Below are positions 37,456 to 51,088 of a DNA stretch of 64,000 nt, piece after piece. Made by a program: the position numbers and the translations under genes. Positions within the stretch are counted from its first letter, which is position 1; each line of letters starts with the position of its first letter. The notes below the pieces were generated by a model. It ran no database searches. It saw only the letters and a program-made list of their open reading frames with translations, and was not told the DNA's origin. Source of the stretch: Leucoraja erinacea (lineage: Eukaryota); assembly GCF_028641065.1 (NCBI RefSeq), contig NC_073385.1, forward strand, positions 59,148,001-59,212,000. Direction: 5' to 3'.

Positions 37456-37661
37456 TGTTTAAGAAGGAACTGCAGATGCTGAAGAATCAAAGGTAGACAA
37501 AAGTGCTGGAGAAACTCAGCGGGTGCGGCAGCATCTATGGAGCGAAGGGAATAGGCAATGATTCGGGCCGAAGAAGAGTTTCGGCCCGAAACGTTGCCTA
37601 TTTCCTTCGCTCCATAGATGCTGCCACACCCGCTGAGTTTCTCCAGCACTTTTGTCTACCT
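37456..37661. mobile_element. Penelope-derived fold-back element with ~83-bp inverted arms, LRRC57 intron 3
   Basis: 37490-37572 is the near-perfect reverse complement of 37580-37662; TSD-like TGGACAGAGGG(G)AG on both sides. Confidence 0.85.
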
Positions 37662-38086
37662 TGGACAGAGGGAGAGCAAGTTTATGGGAGAGTAATCAAT
37701 AGCTAATGGTACAAAAAGTAATGGCATGCCTCCTTTGCCTTGAAAGGGATGGACTACTGTTCCAATTGGTCCCATTTGTTGCATTGGCACAATTATATTA
37801 TAAAGATAGGCTGCATACACTAGATTAGTATCCCTTTGAAGGTGGGAGATTGTGTAATCCAATTGATATGGAGGAATTATTTCTTTTCAATGGAAATTCA
37901 GAAGAAGGGCAAAACAAAATTAAACTAATTTTATTAATAGATGAAGTCACCAAAGCAAATAGTTACAGATGCTGTAAACTGTTACAAATACAGGATACTC
38001 GGGTCAGGCAACATCTATGGCAGTAGTTACTGTTTTGGGTCAATAATCCTGTGTCAATTCCAAAGGGCAAACTGCTGGTTTGATGA

Positions 38087-38347
<261 letters not shown>

Positions 38348-38630
38348 TGAAGCAGGAGGAACTGCTGCTTGAGGCCGGTGTTCCCAGTGGTTGCAAGAAG
38401 TGGAGACAGAGAGATGAGACCAAGAATTCACCAGTCACTCTCTGCATTTGGAGAACTTGAAAACATCAGTCGGAATATTGTTTGCTCGATTGATTTGTTC
38501 TATACTAAGAATTGCATTACCCTAACCTCTCCGTGTACTTCCACATCCATTCTTCTAAATACTCCCTAAATGCATTTATATCCCAAGCATGTTTATCCTA
38601 CTTTTTCACACACATATTCCCATTATAATC

Positions 38631-38722
38631 TGAAGAAGGGTTTTGGCCCGAAACGTTGCCCATTTCCTTCGCTCCATAGATGCTGCTGCACCCGCTGAAT
38701 TTCTCCAGCATTTTTGTGTACC
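38631..38722 (+). mobile_element. 92-bp hammerhead mini-element, LRRC57 intron 4
   Basis: CTGAAGAAGGGTTTTGGCCCGAAACGTT (38630-38657); 14-bp TSD TTCCCATTATAATC at 38617-38630 and 38723-38736. Confidence 0.85.
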
Positions 38723-38958
38723 TTCCCATTATAATCCCTTTCTTGTACCCTTCAATTTCTCACCAATTCCACAACTTGCTTTTACTTTCTACCTCCTAAC
38801 ATTCCATTTTCCCTCCAGTATCCCACCCCCGTGAGCAGGCACTGAACGAGCATGGTGGTGTTGCATCAGGTCGGGAGCTGGGGAGTGCTGCACTGTCCTG
38901 ATGAGGTAGTTGTGGTACTGCTGCCATCTGACCCATGATTGTTCTTTTCTCCTTTCAG

Positions 38959-39000
38959 TACATGGAACGTTTTACAGCAACAAAGAAGAAATTTGCATAA
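38959..39000 (+). CDS. LRRC57: LRRC57 coding exon 5, ends at TAA
   Basis: tttcag|TAC; YMERFTATKKKFA*, the characteristic LRRC57 C-terminus; total CDS 717 nt, 238 aa. Confidence 0.95.
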   Translation, partial: YMERFTATKKKFA

Positions 39001-39653
39001 TGACCATGCTGGTGAAAGAATGCTTTGTCCGTTGGTCAGCAGGCAGACTAGCCTAGGAATGGCTGGCTATACAGCGGTAGTACTTGTTAGTCCATAAGCG
39101 GACGTACCCCTGATGGACTGGAGGAGAAATGAACATTTCCTTGCCTGTTTGAAGCTGATAGTCTTATGCAGTACTAAATGCTCTAGTTTAAGCTGCTGTT
39201 CAATGAGGGCCTGAGCTCTACTCACTCCAAATAAGCTACTGCTGTTGCACAATTGATCTCTTCAACATTTTTGCACACTACATTGCGGGGTGGAATCATA
39301 CAATAGTCCTTACTCTAACTGTTGGGGTTTAACCTCGGCAGAAATCTGGTTGTAGCAGTTTCTGTGCTGTCACAGCTGTTTTAAGCTATAATTGCAACCA
39401 TATTCACTGGTCTAAACTTTTGCTGATGAGATAGGCCACTGCTTGTGTTATTTAGAAGAGCAGTTTGTATAACATATTTTGCATATAAAATGTTCTGTTC
39501 ATCTATTTTGCTGTGATTTGATGTAATAAGGGAAATAAGGTAGAAGTTTCTCCTGAACCAATCCGAGCCCAATCCCCCACTTTGGGATTGGGACGCGACA
39601 ATCCTTAACTATATTTCAATTACCATGACTACATTTCGAGAATAGACATCTTA

Positions 39654-39665
39654 ATTAAAAATAAA
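39654..39665 (+). terminator. Probable LRRC57 polyadenylation signal
   Basis: ATTAAA followed directly by AATAAA, about 660 nt after the stop. Confidence 0.45.
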
Positions 39666-40694
39666 AAGAAATGAGGCTGTTAAAGATGAAAGCTTTAAAG
39701 TTGTGATCACATTTCGCATTAAACATTATTTCCCAATGTACTCAGTTGGAAACAAATGATTAAATGTACAATATATATTTTACTTTCTGTACACACTTCA
39801 TGTATGTGTAATGAAACCGGAGGAAGATTCACACAAAAGGTCCCTGATAAAGACAAGCCTTGTGCCGAGAATTTTGCCCAAGGGGAAAGCCAGCTTCACC
39901 CAACCAGCAGAGCATGTTTGGCCCTTGCCCCATCTAAGATGACAGAGCATTAACTCTAAAGCCAGTGATCAGAAGACTCAATGGGCACAGAAAGGGAGAG
40001 GTAAAAACAGCCACCATAAATCCAGGCCACTACACGGGCAAAGGGTCAGGGCCTGGACTATCCTTTAATTGTGAAGGGCAGACGGGGTTTTGTACTGTGG
40101 AGAACAGTCCCTCATTATATTAAAAGACAACCAAGGGTTTGGTGTCACAGGAACAAGGACATGAATTATGAAGGGAGAATTGGTGGTAGGCAATGATCTC
40201 CTCAGCTTGGAGTTCAGTGGTCTACACACTGGGAGTGGGGGTAGGGAATATAAAATGACCACTGAACATGGGGATTGAGAACATAAGTAACAAGAGTAAA
40301 TACACCCAGGGCAGAGAAAGAGAAAGTAGTCAGAAACAATATGTCACAAGTATTGGAGGTATGAATCAGTATCCTGCCCAAGGTTCCCTTTCCAGCCAGT
40401 TCTCCAACAGCACGTCGGTGCTTGCTGGTTCTGGACAGGAACGAATAGCTGCAAGAAGTCACACTAGCATTGCACGAATCAGTCACTCATCTAGACAGGT
40501 CTCCAAGGGTGGCTCAAGTCCGACTGGCGACACATGCACAGGTCATAAAAACCCAAGACCACTCAGCACATCTTACACTAATTCAGGGAGAGGTTGGTGG
40601 GAGAAACAGAGACACAGGAAGGCAGCACGGTGATTGGCGCAGAAATCAGACTTGAAGTTGAAGCTGTAATTCAGAGGCAAGTCTTGGCTCCACG

Positions 40695-40760
40695 TTACTT
40701 GTTCATGAGTTTGTTTGCTCTCACGTTGGCATCATCAATCCGAGCTTTGTTAGTTTCCGC
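40695..40760 (-). CDS. SNAP23: SNAP23 coding exon 7, ends at TAA
   Basis: caacag|GCG; AETNKARIDDANVRANKLMNK*; total CDS 633 nt, 210 aa; adjacency to LRRC57 and HAUS2 supports SNAP23 over SNAP25. Confidence 0.92.
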   Translation of the reverse strand, partial: AETNKARIDDANVRANKLMNK

Positions 40761-43700
40761 CTGTTGAAAACAAGTCAGTCAGTCTCAGCTCACTGTACTC
40801 GACACACACACGCACGCAAAACCAATCTAACAGCACCCGATTCAACAAGGATAACATTGGGTGGGGCCAGTTTTTAAACTCAGTTTGTAAATTCACAACA
40901 GCTGCAGTTTGGACTGCTCTGCCTTCTCATCTGATATGAATTGTTTGAGCAGGAGAGGCCATTCAACACATTATACCAGCTACCAGAGGCACAGTCCAGT
41001 TCCACCCCCGTAATCTCACAAATGTTCCTCACCATATAATCATTCCCTCTTGGGAGGCCACGATTGAACCTCCTCCACCACATATGCAGGTGGTATTCTC
41101 CAGATAACATAAACTGCATAAAAGCTTTTCCTCGCGTCTCTCAATTGTCTTGGGAGTTTATTTTGAACCAGTGACCTCTAGTCTGACTCCAACAGTAGTC
41201 TCCATTTTGTCCAGTGTCGTCATTAATACATTTATCTGAAAAGAAACCAGTCGCACCTCTCCAATATATCCTTGTAACTCTCAGGCTTCACTTCCCTTCA
41301 ATTGAATTGAACACAATATTCCAGTTGATCCTGGCCCAGTGTTTTGTAAAGATCTGACAAAAATTGTCTGCTTTTATTCTAATGAAGTGTCTCACTAACT
41401 GCATGCCGTCCTGTCACTTGTGTGCTCTGAGCCTTCATTTATTTTTCAACAGTGTTCTTTGTTCCAAACAGCCTCTAATTTTTCCTTCTGAAATCCAGTA
41501 ACATTTTTTCCGCATTATGCTTAATTTACATCCTGAGCAAAATGCAAACTGCCGTGGGAACTCAGCACGTCAGGCAACAAAAATGGAGGGAAATGGGCAG
41601 ACAATCCTTCAGGTCGGGGTCCTTCTCAGGCAGGACTGTAACCAGTTCAATGCTTGATCTGTGTCCTACCTTTTAACATCGTCAAGGTTTTGGAGGAGCA
41701 ATTTCTACGACCTCCGAGTGAAGTAGTGATTCCTCACTCAATTTTAAACAATTTAAGATTAGCTACTTTATCAAAACATGGATCACACCCGTGGAGTACT
41801 GTGCAGTTCTGGTCCCTGCGCTGCAGGAAGGGTGTGATTACACTGGCGAATGTGCAGAGGAGATTCACCAGGGATAGAGCGCTCAAATGTGAGGAGATAC
41901 TGGGTTTGTTTGCCCTGGAATGGAGGAGACTGGGAGTGGAGGAAGGGGGTGGGGGAGAACTAGAAAAATATATAAAAGTAGGAGGGGGAAGAGATGGAGA
42001 AGATTTTCTCCTAGGGTGGAGGGGTTCAAGACAAGAGAACATAGGTTTAAGGTGAGAGGTAGGTGGCCTCGAGAGGATCGGAGGGAGAACTTTTTCAACC
42101 TAGAATGTGGTTGGAAATTGAGATTTATTGCTTGAAGAGGTGGGAGAGGCAGAGACTCTTTGACATTGAACAGCATCTGGACAAAACCTGAATCACCAGG
42201 GGAAAGAAGCCCCAGATCTAATGTGGGCAAATGTGATTGGTGTAATGGGCATAATGGTTAACACGATGGGTTAAAGGGTCCATTTCTATACTGTACAACT
42301 CTAAGGAACAAATAATGCTACAATGCTGAGAACTATTATGCGCTCTGTAACCTTCTCTTTGCTCTTTTGTACAAGTTTGGCTTGATTGTATTGACATGTA
42401 GTATTATCTAATTTGATCGCATTACATGCAAAGTATTTTACTGTACCTCGGAGCATGTGACAATAATAAATCTAGACATAGTGATGTAACACAGATTAAC
42501 TTTTCAATTCTGTGGCATATTTGTTGTCTAATATCTCCAGTTCCATTGATTTTATCCTCTGACCATCTCAAACAGATTACCCCTTATTCTAGAGTCCAGG
42601 GATGGTGTGATGTATTGCATTTGAGTCAAGACAATAGGTGCAGGAGTAGGTCATTCGGCCCTTCGAGCCAGCACCGCCATTCAATATGATCATGGTTGAT
42701 CATTCCCAATCAGTACCAGAGTTAGCGTTATTCAGCATTGAAAACAGATCTTTGGCCGAACAACAGTTTGTTCAAGGCTTCTGGGCACCACACGTTTGGA
42801 AACATGGCAAAGGATTTGGACAGTAGATTTACCAAAATATTTCACAGGAGTGAGGGATATGATTAGACTGGAGAAGCTGGAATGGTCTCTCGGGAACAGA
42901 GGGGCAGATGGCAAGAGATCCAAAAGAGATATTTTTGATCACGTGGGTTTGGACTGGGTGAGTGAAAACGATTCCCACTGGCAGAGTGGTCAAGAAGAAA
43001 GGGACAAAGAACAAAATTTAACAACAAAGAACCAAAAGTGAAGAAGGAATAGATAGGACAAATGCACAGAATCTTTTACCTAGGGTCGGGGTATTGAGAA
43101 CTAGAGGGCATAGGTTTCATGTGAGAGGGCGAAGCTTTAATAGGAAGCCAAAGGATTACCTTTTCACTCGGAGGGCGGTGGGCATATGGAATGAGCTGCC
43201 AGAGTCAGGTACTAGAACAACATTTCAAAAAAAAAACTTGGACAGATATGTGGATTGGAAATGTCGAGAGGAAAATGGACCAAAGGCAGGCAAACGTTTT
43301 TTTGTTTCCTCTGGGTATGTGAATACTCAGGAAAATGACAATAAAGATATACAATACAATACAATACAATACAAAAAGGACTAGCTTGCATGGGGCATCT
43401 TGGGTGGCATGGACGAGTTGGGCTGAAGGGCCCGTTTCCGTGCTATATTGTTCAATGACTGTACGACAGTGAGTATTTCAGGTATGGAGAGCACTTTCAA
43501 GGGGAGTGGAGGCAGATTTAACACTAGTTTGAGACCTACGGCAGTCTGGTAAATTTCCCCTGCGTTTCCAGCATGACCAATGTATTATTACTGAAATCCC
43601 TCACCCTTTACGGAACACAGGAAACGAGGTCTGAGCAGGATAATGTTCAACTTTGGAGTCATTCGACTCTCTGCAGCAATCCAAATACCACTACTCCAAT

Positions 43701-43899
43701 CCCCATTGTTTAAAGAAGCAAGCCCTGTGTACATTACTGCTATAAACAAATCCGGGGACTATTTGCTCTATTAAGTTAATAAAGTATTTTAACCACTATG
43801 GTGCTTTTTGGGCGAGAAGGAATGTTTTCCAGCTTTCAGGGAGACAAAAGACCCAGCACAGAACATAGCAAGACAAAGATGTATGAAAACTGCCTATGC

Positions 43900-44700
43900 T
43901 CATGGCCCGAACCCTTGGTGAGAGCCCATGGTATGAGAGGGAAGATACTAGCATGGATAGAAGATTGTCTGACTGGCAGAAGGCAAAGAATGGGAATAAA
44001 GGGAGCATTTCAGTCGGCTGCCAGTGGCTACTGGTGTTCCGCAGAAGGATTCCCAATAGGTTAATTTGCAGGATGAATATCGGTAGTAAGGAAGGCAAAT
44101 GCAATGTTTGAATTCACTTTGAGAGGACTAGAATATAAAAGCAGAGATGTAATGCTAAATGCTTAAGGTGCTGGACAGGTCGCATTTGGAGTATTAGGTG
44201 CAGTTTTGGGCTCCATATCTGGGGAAGGATGTGCTGGTGAAGGAGTAGGTCTATTACGAGAATAATCCTGGGGATGATTGTTGGGTTAACACATAAGTGT
44301 TAGACAGCTCTGGGCCTGTACTCACTGGAGTTCAGAATGATCAAAGGGGACCTAATTGAATCCTACCGAATAGTGAAAGGCCTATTTATAGTTGATGTGG
44401 GAAGGATGTTTCCACTAGTGGGAGAGTCTCGGACCAGAGGGTACAGCTTCAGAATAATACCTTCAGAAAGGAGATGAGGTGGAATGATTTAGCCAGAGGG
44501 TGGTGAAACTGTGGAATTCATTGCCAGAGACAGTTGTGGGAGCCAAGTCTTTGGTTATTTTTAAAGCAAGGATTGACAGGTTCTTGATTAGTAAGGGTGT
44601 CCAAGGGGAGAATGCAGGAGAATTGGGTTGAGAGGGAAATATAGATCAGCCATGACTGAATGGCGGAGTAGACTCGATGGGCCGAATGGCTATGACTTGT
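43900..44700 (+). mobile_element. Degenerate CR1 LINE 3' region (other CR1 pieces at ~41750-42300 and ~43060-43460)
   Basis: VRAHGMRGKILAWIEDCLTGRRQRMGIKG; CR1 3' tail cagccatgactgaatggcggag. Confidence 0.75.
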
Positions 44701-44846
44701 GAATCCGATGGCACTGCTTCTCGATGTACATGACTTGCCATAATTCTACTTCATTGTCTATGGCTCAAGTTATAAGAAACACTTTGCTCGCTAGCCAGCA
44801 TCAAACTTGCTCTTAGTAGCATATACCCGAGTTCTTAAAGAGCCAA

Positions 44847-45462
44847 TGGGCCTGTCCCACTTAGGCGACTGCAGGAAACTATGCAGTCGCCACATGTTCG
44901 CGGGTGGTTGCCGGGGAGTCGCCTTCATGGTCGTGAGTAGTTCACGCATTCTGGGAACTAGTTGAGGCCTCATTATGGTCACCGTGAATTTTTCAACATG
45001 TTGAAAAATTTGTGGCGACGAGAATGAAACCGCTGTGGAGAGTAGCGAGAATTCTCGTGCCGTAGGTGGGTTGCCAGGAGGTCCTGGTGGGTTGCCAGGT
45101 CGACGGTTCTCGTAGGTTGTAGCCAGTGCTGCCCGGTGAATTTCAATGGCTCATTGGGGGGGGGAAAAACCGCAAGCAGTAGTTTTCAGAACGAAGGATA
45201 ACCAACAGGTAATGTTAAATGTCTGCTAAGCTTCACGGCCGTATATCTCAGGCTTCTTAAAAGATGTCTCCACTCCTTCTGCCCCCCTCTTTTAAAGGAC
45301 TTACCATACACTGTGCTTTAGCCGTCTTAATTACAACCTTCGAGTTCATTGCATTGTGTGTCTGTATCTGTATCACCTTGGCTTTGCACCGTGTGAATTT
45401 CACTCAGACAGCGCTTCCCCCACTTGCCCTGTCCCCCGCCTGCATAACGGGCTGGTGAAGGA

Positions 45463-45494
<32 letters not shown>

Positions 45495-45635
45495 GTGTCT
45501 GCGTGTGTGCACGTGTGTGCGCCTGTCTGCGTGCGTGTCTGTGTGTGTGTGTGTCTGTCTGTCTGTGTGCGTGTCTGTCTGTGTGCGTTCCACTCTGACA
45601 GTCGCCTGAAAAATCACATAAGTGGGACAGGCCCA
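44847..45635. mobile_element. PIF/Harbinger-type non-autonomous DNA transposon containing a (TG)n microsatellite
   Basis: Perfect inverted termini AATGGGCCTGTCCCACTTA (44845-44863) and TAAGTGGGACAGGCCCATT (45619-45637); TIR shared with the 55499 element. Confidence 0.75.
45463..45586 (+). repeat. Imperfect (TG)n microsatellite
   Basis: Direct reading of the sequence. Confidence 0.9.
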
Positions 45636-45707
45636 TTAGACTCACACTGTTAGAGTCACCCATGTTATTGTAGTCATGGCACTGCAAGAAGGGAGAAACA
45701 CAGTTAC

Positions 45708-45852
45708 CTTCTCGGCAATGCCATCAATCTTCTTGTTGTGCGAATCGATCTCGTTGCCCATGTCGATGGCCATGTTCTTCAGGTTTCCGATGATGCTGCC
45801 CACTTGTTCGAGGTTTTCCTCCATCTCGTCTTCTCGTGCGTCGTTGGTGACC
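45708..45852 (-). CDS. SNAP23: SNAP23 coding exon 6 (Qc SNARE motif)
   Basis: cctcag|G; [48 protein letters not shown]; donor AAG|GTAACT. Confidence 0.95.
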
Positions 45853-46025
45853 CTGAGGGAAGTAGAGTTCTTACATTACTCCTCCTGGCAAAGTGAATGT
45901 AGATTACCAAAGGTTCAGCTGTAGGGACACGGTCCAATTCTGTGCCAGGGTGAGAGATGAAGAACTCTTGCTCCCCTTGCCAGTGGATATGGCAGGACAA
46001 GAGGAAACAGTGATGCAGAGCTACA

Positions 46026-46060
<35 letters not shown>

Positions 46061-46133
46061 CACATGGTCTTCTGCAGGGGATGGGCAGTACTGAGTGGTT
46101 TTGGGATCAAGTCAGAGTTCCAGACCCACCTAC

Positions 46134-46289
46134 CTGTTGATGTAAGCTCCTCCTCCACCGCCCTGCTTGGCCATCTCATGGCTGTTCTGTGACTTGCTGG
46201 GCTGATTGGAGACGACCTTGCCCGTGTTTCCGTCGGAATTGCTGGCCCAGGCTTTTTTGTACTTGTCTCCCATCTCGAAATTCCTCACC
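46134..46289 (-). CDS. SNAP23: SNAP23 coding exon 5 (linker)
   Basis: cctcag|G; VRNFEMGDKYKKAWASNSDGNTGKVVSNQP...GGGGGAYINR; donor AG|GTAGGT. Confidence 0.92.
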
Positions 46290-47859
46290 CTGAGGGAGAG
46301 AGTAAGCAGCGACACATTGTGAGTTGAGTATCCGCAACCAGGATGAAGGAGAGTGTTCCTGACCACATTGCAACAGCGACTGTACTCAAAAAACTAGTGC
46401 ATAGTTATTGGGATGTCCCAAGGCAAGAATGTTTGTGGAGACGGAGGTCTGTTTTCACATGTCGAGTACAGATAGTTTCTCCCTTCTACACCTCATGGAA
46501 CAATGAATCAAACTTGCAGCAGGTAGATCTCTGATCGGTCTTGCTGCTCCTCTCCCATGCTCTGTATTACAACCTGCAGAAAGGTTCCCACAGCTCTCCC
46601 TTACTTGTAACTCACTTCCTTCCCTAGGGTGTCACAGACTGTGGGGGGGGGGGGTCAGGCTTTACATAGCCAAAGCCCACGGTCTGCCCTTTGGGGACTT
46701 GTTACACTTGTACCATGGGTGGCTCGGCAGGAGTCTCACCTATAAATTAGACACTAAACATTCCTACTTCAATTACGCCAGCAAGAATGTGATAACATTG
46801 GTCATTTTTCCCCAACTACTTTTCTTCAAACTTACTTGTCTTTTGCAAATCGAACACCAGGCTACCTGGTCTCTTCCATCTCCCAATCAGTTTGATAATG
46901 CTCTTACTTTTTTATGCCGAACAGAATAATCACATTTTCCCCACACTATAATTACGTTCCAAAATCCTAACCTGTACACTTAACAGATCAATATTATCCA
47001 AATCCTGTTGTCCTTTTTTGACCTCTTCACAACTTGCTTTACAACCTCTGCGTCATCAACACATTTGGCAGCCACATTTGCACTGGCTTCACCCAGGTCA
47101 TGAAATACATGGTGAAAGGTTGATGTGCTGATCAGTGTGGCACACCACTCCTTGTGTGTTGCAATGGAGAGAGAGGTGTTCCCACAGTGCTCTGCACCGC
47201 AGCACTGAATAACACCTCAAAATAGAACACTGTGGAGACCTGCCTTCACACCGCTTCCATGCACACTCCCGTCCCCTAACACACACAGAACAGCCTGCAA
47301 AGTACTGACAGATATTGAGACGGGTGATCATTCATCATCTTGTAGTCCAACAGTCACAGAACAGAAACAGGTCCTGGGGACCACCACAGTATATCAGCGT
47401 ACCTATCTATATCAATCCCATTTACCGTAACGTATCTGAGCTTAGTGACCCTAGACCAACCTGTACACAGCTGTGGGACCAAGATGTGGACTAAGATGAT
47501 CAATATCCTCTTCTCCATCTCCCACTGAACTTCAAACCTTTGTCCAGTGCCGAAAAGACCTTAACCAGGGCTACTAGTGTAATCAATACAGTCATGTTTT
47601 CTGCTACCAATTCCCTTTCCATCTCTTTACACCTTTAACACTATTTCCAGTTCTGCGCTGAGGTGATCACATGGCAAATACAAGACCCCCTGGCTTTCTG
47701 AGGTGGTTGTAGATACTTCTCGAAACCGAACAAAAGTAGTATCTTGTGTGTTAAATATTTACCCTCCACCACGTGATTGATTGCAGGAGACTGCTGTGTT
47801 TGTTTGTCGCGAGTATTCAGCATGTCACTGGATACTATAACAAACCTCTACAGACCACT

Positions 47860-48390
47860 GGATATTTGGCCTGGTACAGCAATTCCAACGTACAGGAAAA
47901 CAAGAGGCTGCAGAGAGTGGTGGACTCGACCACTCCACCATGGGTACATCCCACCCCTCCATCAAAAGCATCTGCATAGGGTGGCACCACAAGAAACTGG
48001 CATCTATCAAGGATCGCCACCACCCGGGCCATGCCCTCTTCTCACTGCTATCATCAGGCAAGAGGTACAGAAGCCTGAAATCCCCCACCACCAAGTTCAG
48101 GAACAGCTACTTACTGATAACCATCAGATTCTTGAACCCACCCGCACAACCCTAGTCCTACCTCACCAACAGAACACAACAGACCAATTCTTGCACTACC
48201 ATAGATTTTTTTAATTACATTTTTTTTGCACCAATGTCTTGTTCTAAAAAATATTTTGCGAATGTTCCAGTAATTTGTTTAACTCGTGTTGTCCGAGTTT
48301 TTATGCTTAGCTCTGTTGTCTGAGTCTCTATGCCTGTGGTGCACGCATGATTTCCATTTTACCTCATCGTACTTGTGCAGATGGTCATAA
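47860..48390 (+). mobile_element. Degenerate Rex1/Babar LINE 3' fragment
   Basis: KRLQRVV...IKDRHHPGHALFSLLSSGKRYRSLKSPTTKFRNSY, homologous to ORF 10827..11327. Confidence 0.75.
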
Positions 48391-51088
48391 ACTCAACGAC
48401 ATCACATGCTCATGGCTCAAATACAGCTCGTCATCTACCAAGCCTTTGGAACATCCCAAAGGTGCGGGAGGAAGTACATAAAGGCTTACAGGGTCAGGAT
48501 TGCAAGCTTATTACACAAACAAACAGGCAGACACCGGCTCATGCAGCGTGCAGTTAAACATATCACCTACTCAGTTCGAGGACAGCACAGGCTGATCCCA
48601 AATCGTCCATGTTTTTCATGCAGATTCCACTGTGTACACCACTGTCTGGCTCTCTTTCCACTCAGGATTACATGAGGGTTAATCTCCATCGAATGAAGCA
48701 CAGGGTAGAGAACAAAGGAGGCAGGGTAGAGGGGTGAGGAAAGAGTAAAAGAGACAGCAAGAAAATGAACTCAAAGGCGACATTCTCAGTGCAGTATTAG
48801 TGGGGAGTCTAGTGTTACAGGAAATAGTTCCTCTTAAGCTGCTAACCGGAGTTAATGTGGTCAGTGGCAGGTCGAATTGATTAGACCATGAGTGCAGAGC
48901 AAGAGCCAAACGTTGGGAAGACTGATCATTGGAGACCAGCGGAAAGCAGTTAGTGCTGACACAGTTCAAACCTCACCCATTGTGCTCAGTCCCTCACACA
49001 CATTAGCCACAACTGCGCTCCGAGCTCAAACTCTGACCACACCCTCTCACTTTTGAACTTGTTTTTTTCTTCCCCATCTCACATTTGCAAAGACTTTTTA
49101 CATATTAAAATGAGAATGAAGCAAATCCATTGGCAAGCGCAGCATGGGTGCGATATTGAGTACAGGCCGTCCCCAGGTCTCCAAAGTCAAACGTATGGAC
49201 ACCCCTACATGGGAACAAGCTCACAGAATGTCAAATTCAAATGCCTGATGTACATACAAACTAGTTTCCTCGCTCACTCTGAAATTCAAATAATTGTTAT
49301 TTTCTTATCAGTCGGATGTGTTTTTCATGACACTTGTGACAACACTGTGGATGGAAGGTTTCCATAATGAGTGATCTTTGTATTTTTATTTAAACATGGC
49401 CAAACTGAACATCTCGACTTATGGACCTGTAAAACCAGAACTCATCTATTACCCGCGGCAACCTGTAAACCCCTCTACACTGTGCCGACAACAATGTTAT
49501 AAACCCAGAGCCAGCACCATTTGTATTTAATTCTCCAATGCCCTTTTTTGACTTATTCCAATCGTTTTAAAGCTGGGACATGCTTTGAATGGCTGCATCC
49601 AGTGTGGACTGATGGGTTGGTCTTGTGCTAGATTGATTGAAAGACACAGCATGGAAACAGGCCCTTCAGCCCACTGAGTCCATATGGACCATTGATCACT
49701 CGTTTACACTAGTCATATGTTTCCCCACTTCTGCATCCATTCCCTACACACTGGGGACACAAGTCAGTGCACAATAAACCCATGAATATGCACCTCTTTG
49801 CGATGTGGGAGGAAACCCGAGCACCCAAAGGAAGCACATCTTGTGGCATAGAGGGCAGCAGCTGAGGTCAGGGTCGAACCTGGTTCTCTGGCGCTGTGAG
49901 GAGCCGCTGCGCTATTAACAGCTGTACATCAGTACATCTCTGACCTCTAGCAGAACTGTCACACTCCGGAGATCAGGCTCCCCTCCTACACTGTCAGAGT
50001 GGCATCAATTTAAACCAACAGCTTGACTGGTTTTTTTTTTTGATGCAATAGGAATTTATCCATCATGGCAGTGGACAGTGGGGGTTACACCTGGTGCTCT
50101 AGCCAATAGTCATCTCCCAACATACAAAACTGAACAACAGCCGACGCTGGAAATCTGAAATAATGGTGGGAAATGCAGGAAACACTCAGCAGGGCAGGCC
50201 GCACCTGTGGGAAGAAACTTGGTGTTTTCAGGTCGGAACCTCTTCGTGAAAACTTAGAAAGAAAACAAGTCCGTTTTGAATAGGAGAGAGGGAAAGGAAT
50301 TATCTGCAATAGGTTGAGACCACATAGTGCAGTTATAAGCACATTAAGTTTCTGTATCTGGGTAACATGATGTTGAAGGTAAGACTGTGGGACTTGCCCA
50401 GCCTGCCAAATTATACGAACAGAACAAGGTAAACCGGGACAGAGCAATGACGGGGAGAAATGGCCACTTCTGAAAGACAGCAAATTATCTGAAGTCGGAG
50501 AATTCGATATCAAGCCAGGCAGCTAGTATGGGCCGAGACAGTAGATGAGGTTCTGTTCCTCAAGCTGGTGTTGGACCTCATTGTAACAGTGCAGGAGGCG
50601 CCAGACTGACGTCAGAGAGGAATGTGATGGTGGACTCAAGTGGTGCAAGGAGAGGCGAGTGCCTTCAGATCACTGATAAGGAACAGAGCTACGAGAAGGA
50701 TTAAACTCAAATCATGAACTAATCATTAAATCAGTAACATAACCTGGCCTCACTGTACCCAAGATAATCCCTTGGTTCCACCCATCCCTCCCTTTTCTCC
50801 CCCCCTGCTGAAAGCCAACTAACGTTTCCTGTTTTCCAGGTGTGCGTATGGTCCTGGACATGAAATGCTAACTATTTCTTTCACCACGGACGTTGCCCGA
50901 CCCGCTGAGTGTTTGTGTTTTGTCAACAGTAGTTTCTGTGGTTAGTATTCCATTGCTGTGTACTGGATCTCACTGTGCACGTGGTTGCTGGGCCCTTCAG
51001 CAGGACGGCAGTAACATCCCGAGTATACAATGCAAATGCAGTGGAGTCCAGGCTAGTTGTGACTAGGCGGAGGTGTACAGATGCTTAC

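Noticed and set aside
40268-40633. 121-aa + strand ORF between LRRC57 and SNAP23
   Set aside because: Antisense to the SNAP23 3' UTR, low-information sequence, no recognisable domain
46026-46059. Long poly-G runs (also 36816-36841 and 12047-12061) as functional elements
   Set aside because: Simple homopolymers with unreliable length; no other support
46290-51088. Duplicated mutually exclusive exon as in SNAP25 5a/5b
   Set aside because: No second EQL...CC..C.C exon seen by eye in the flanking introns
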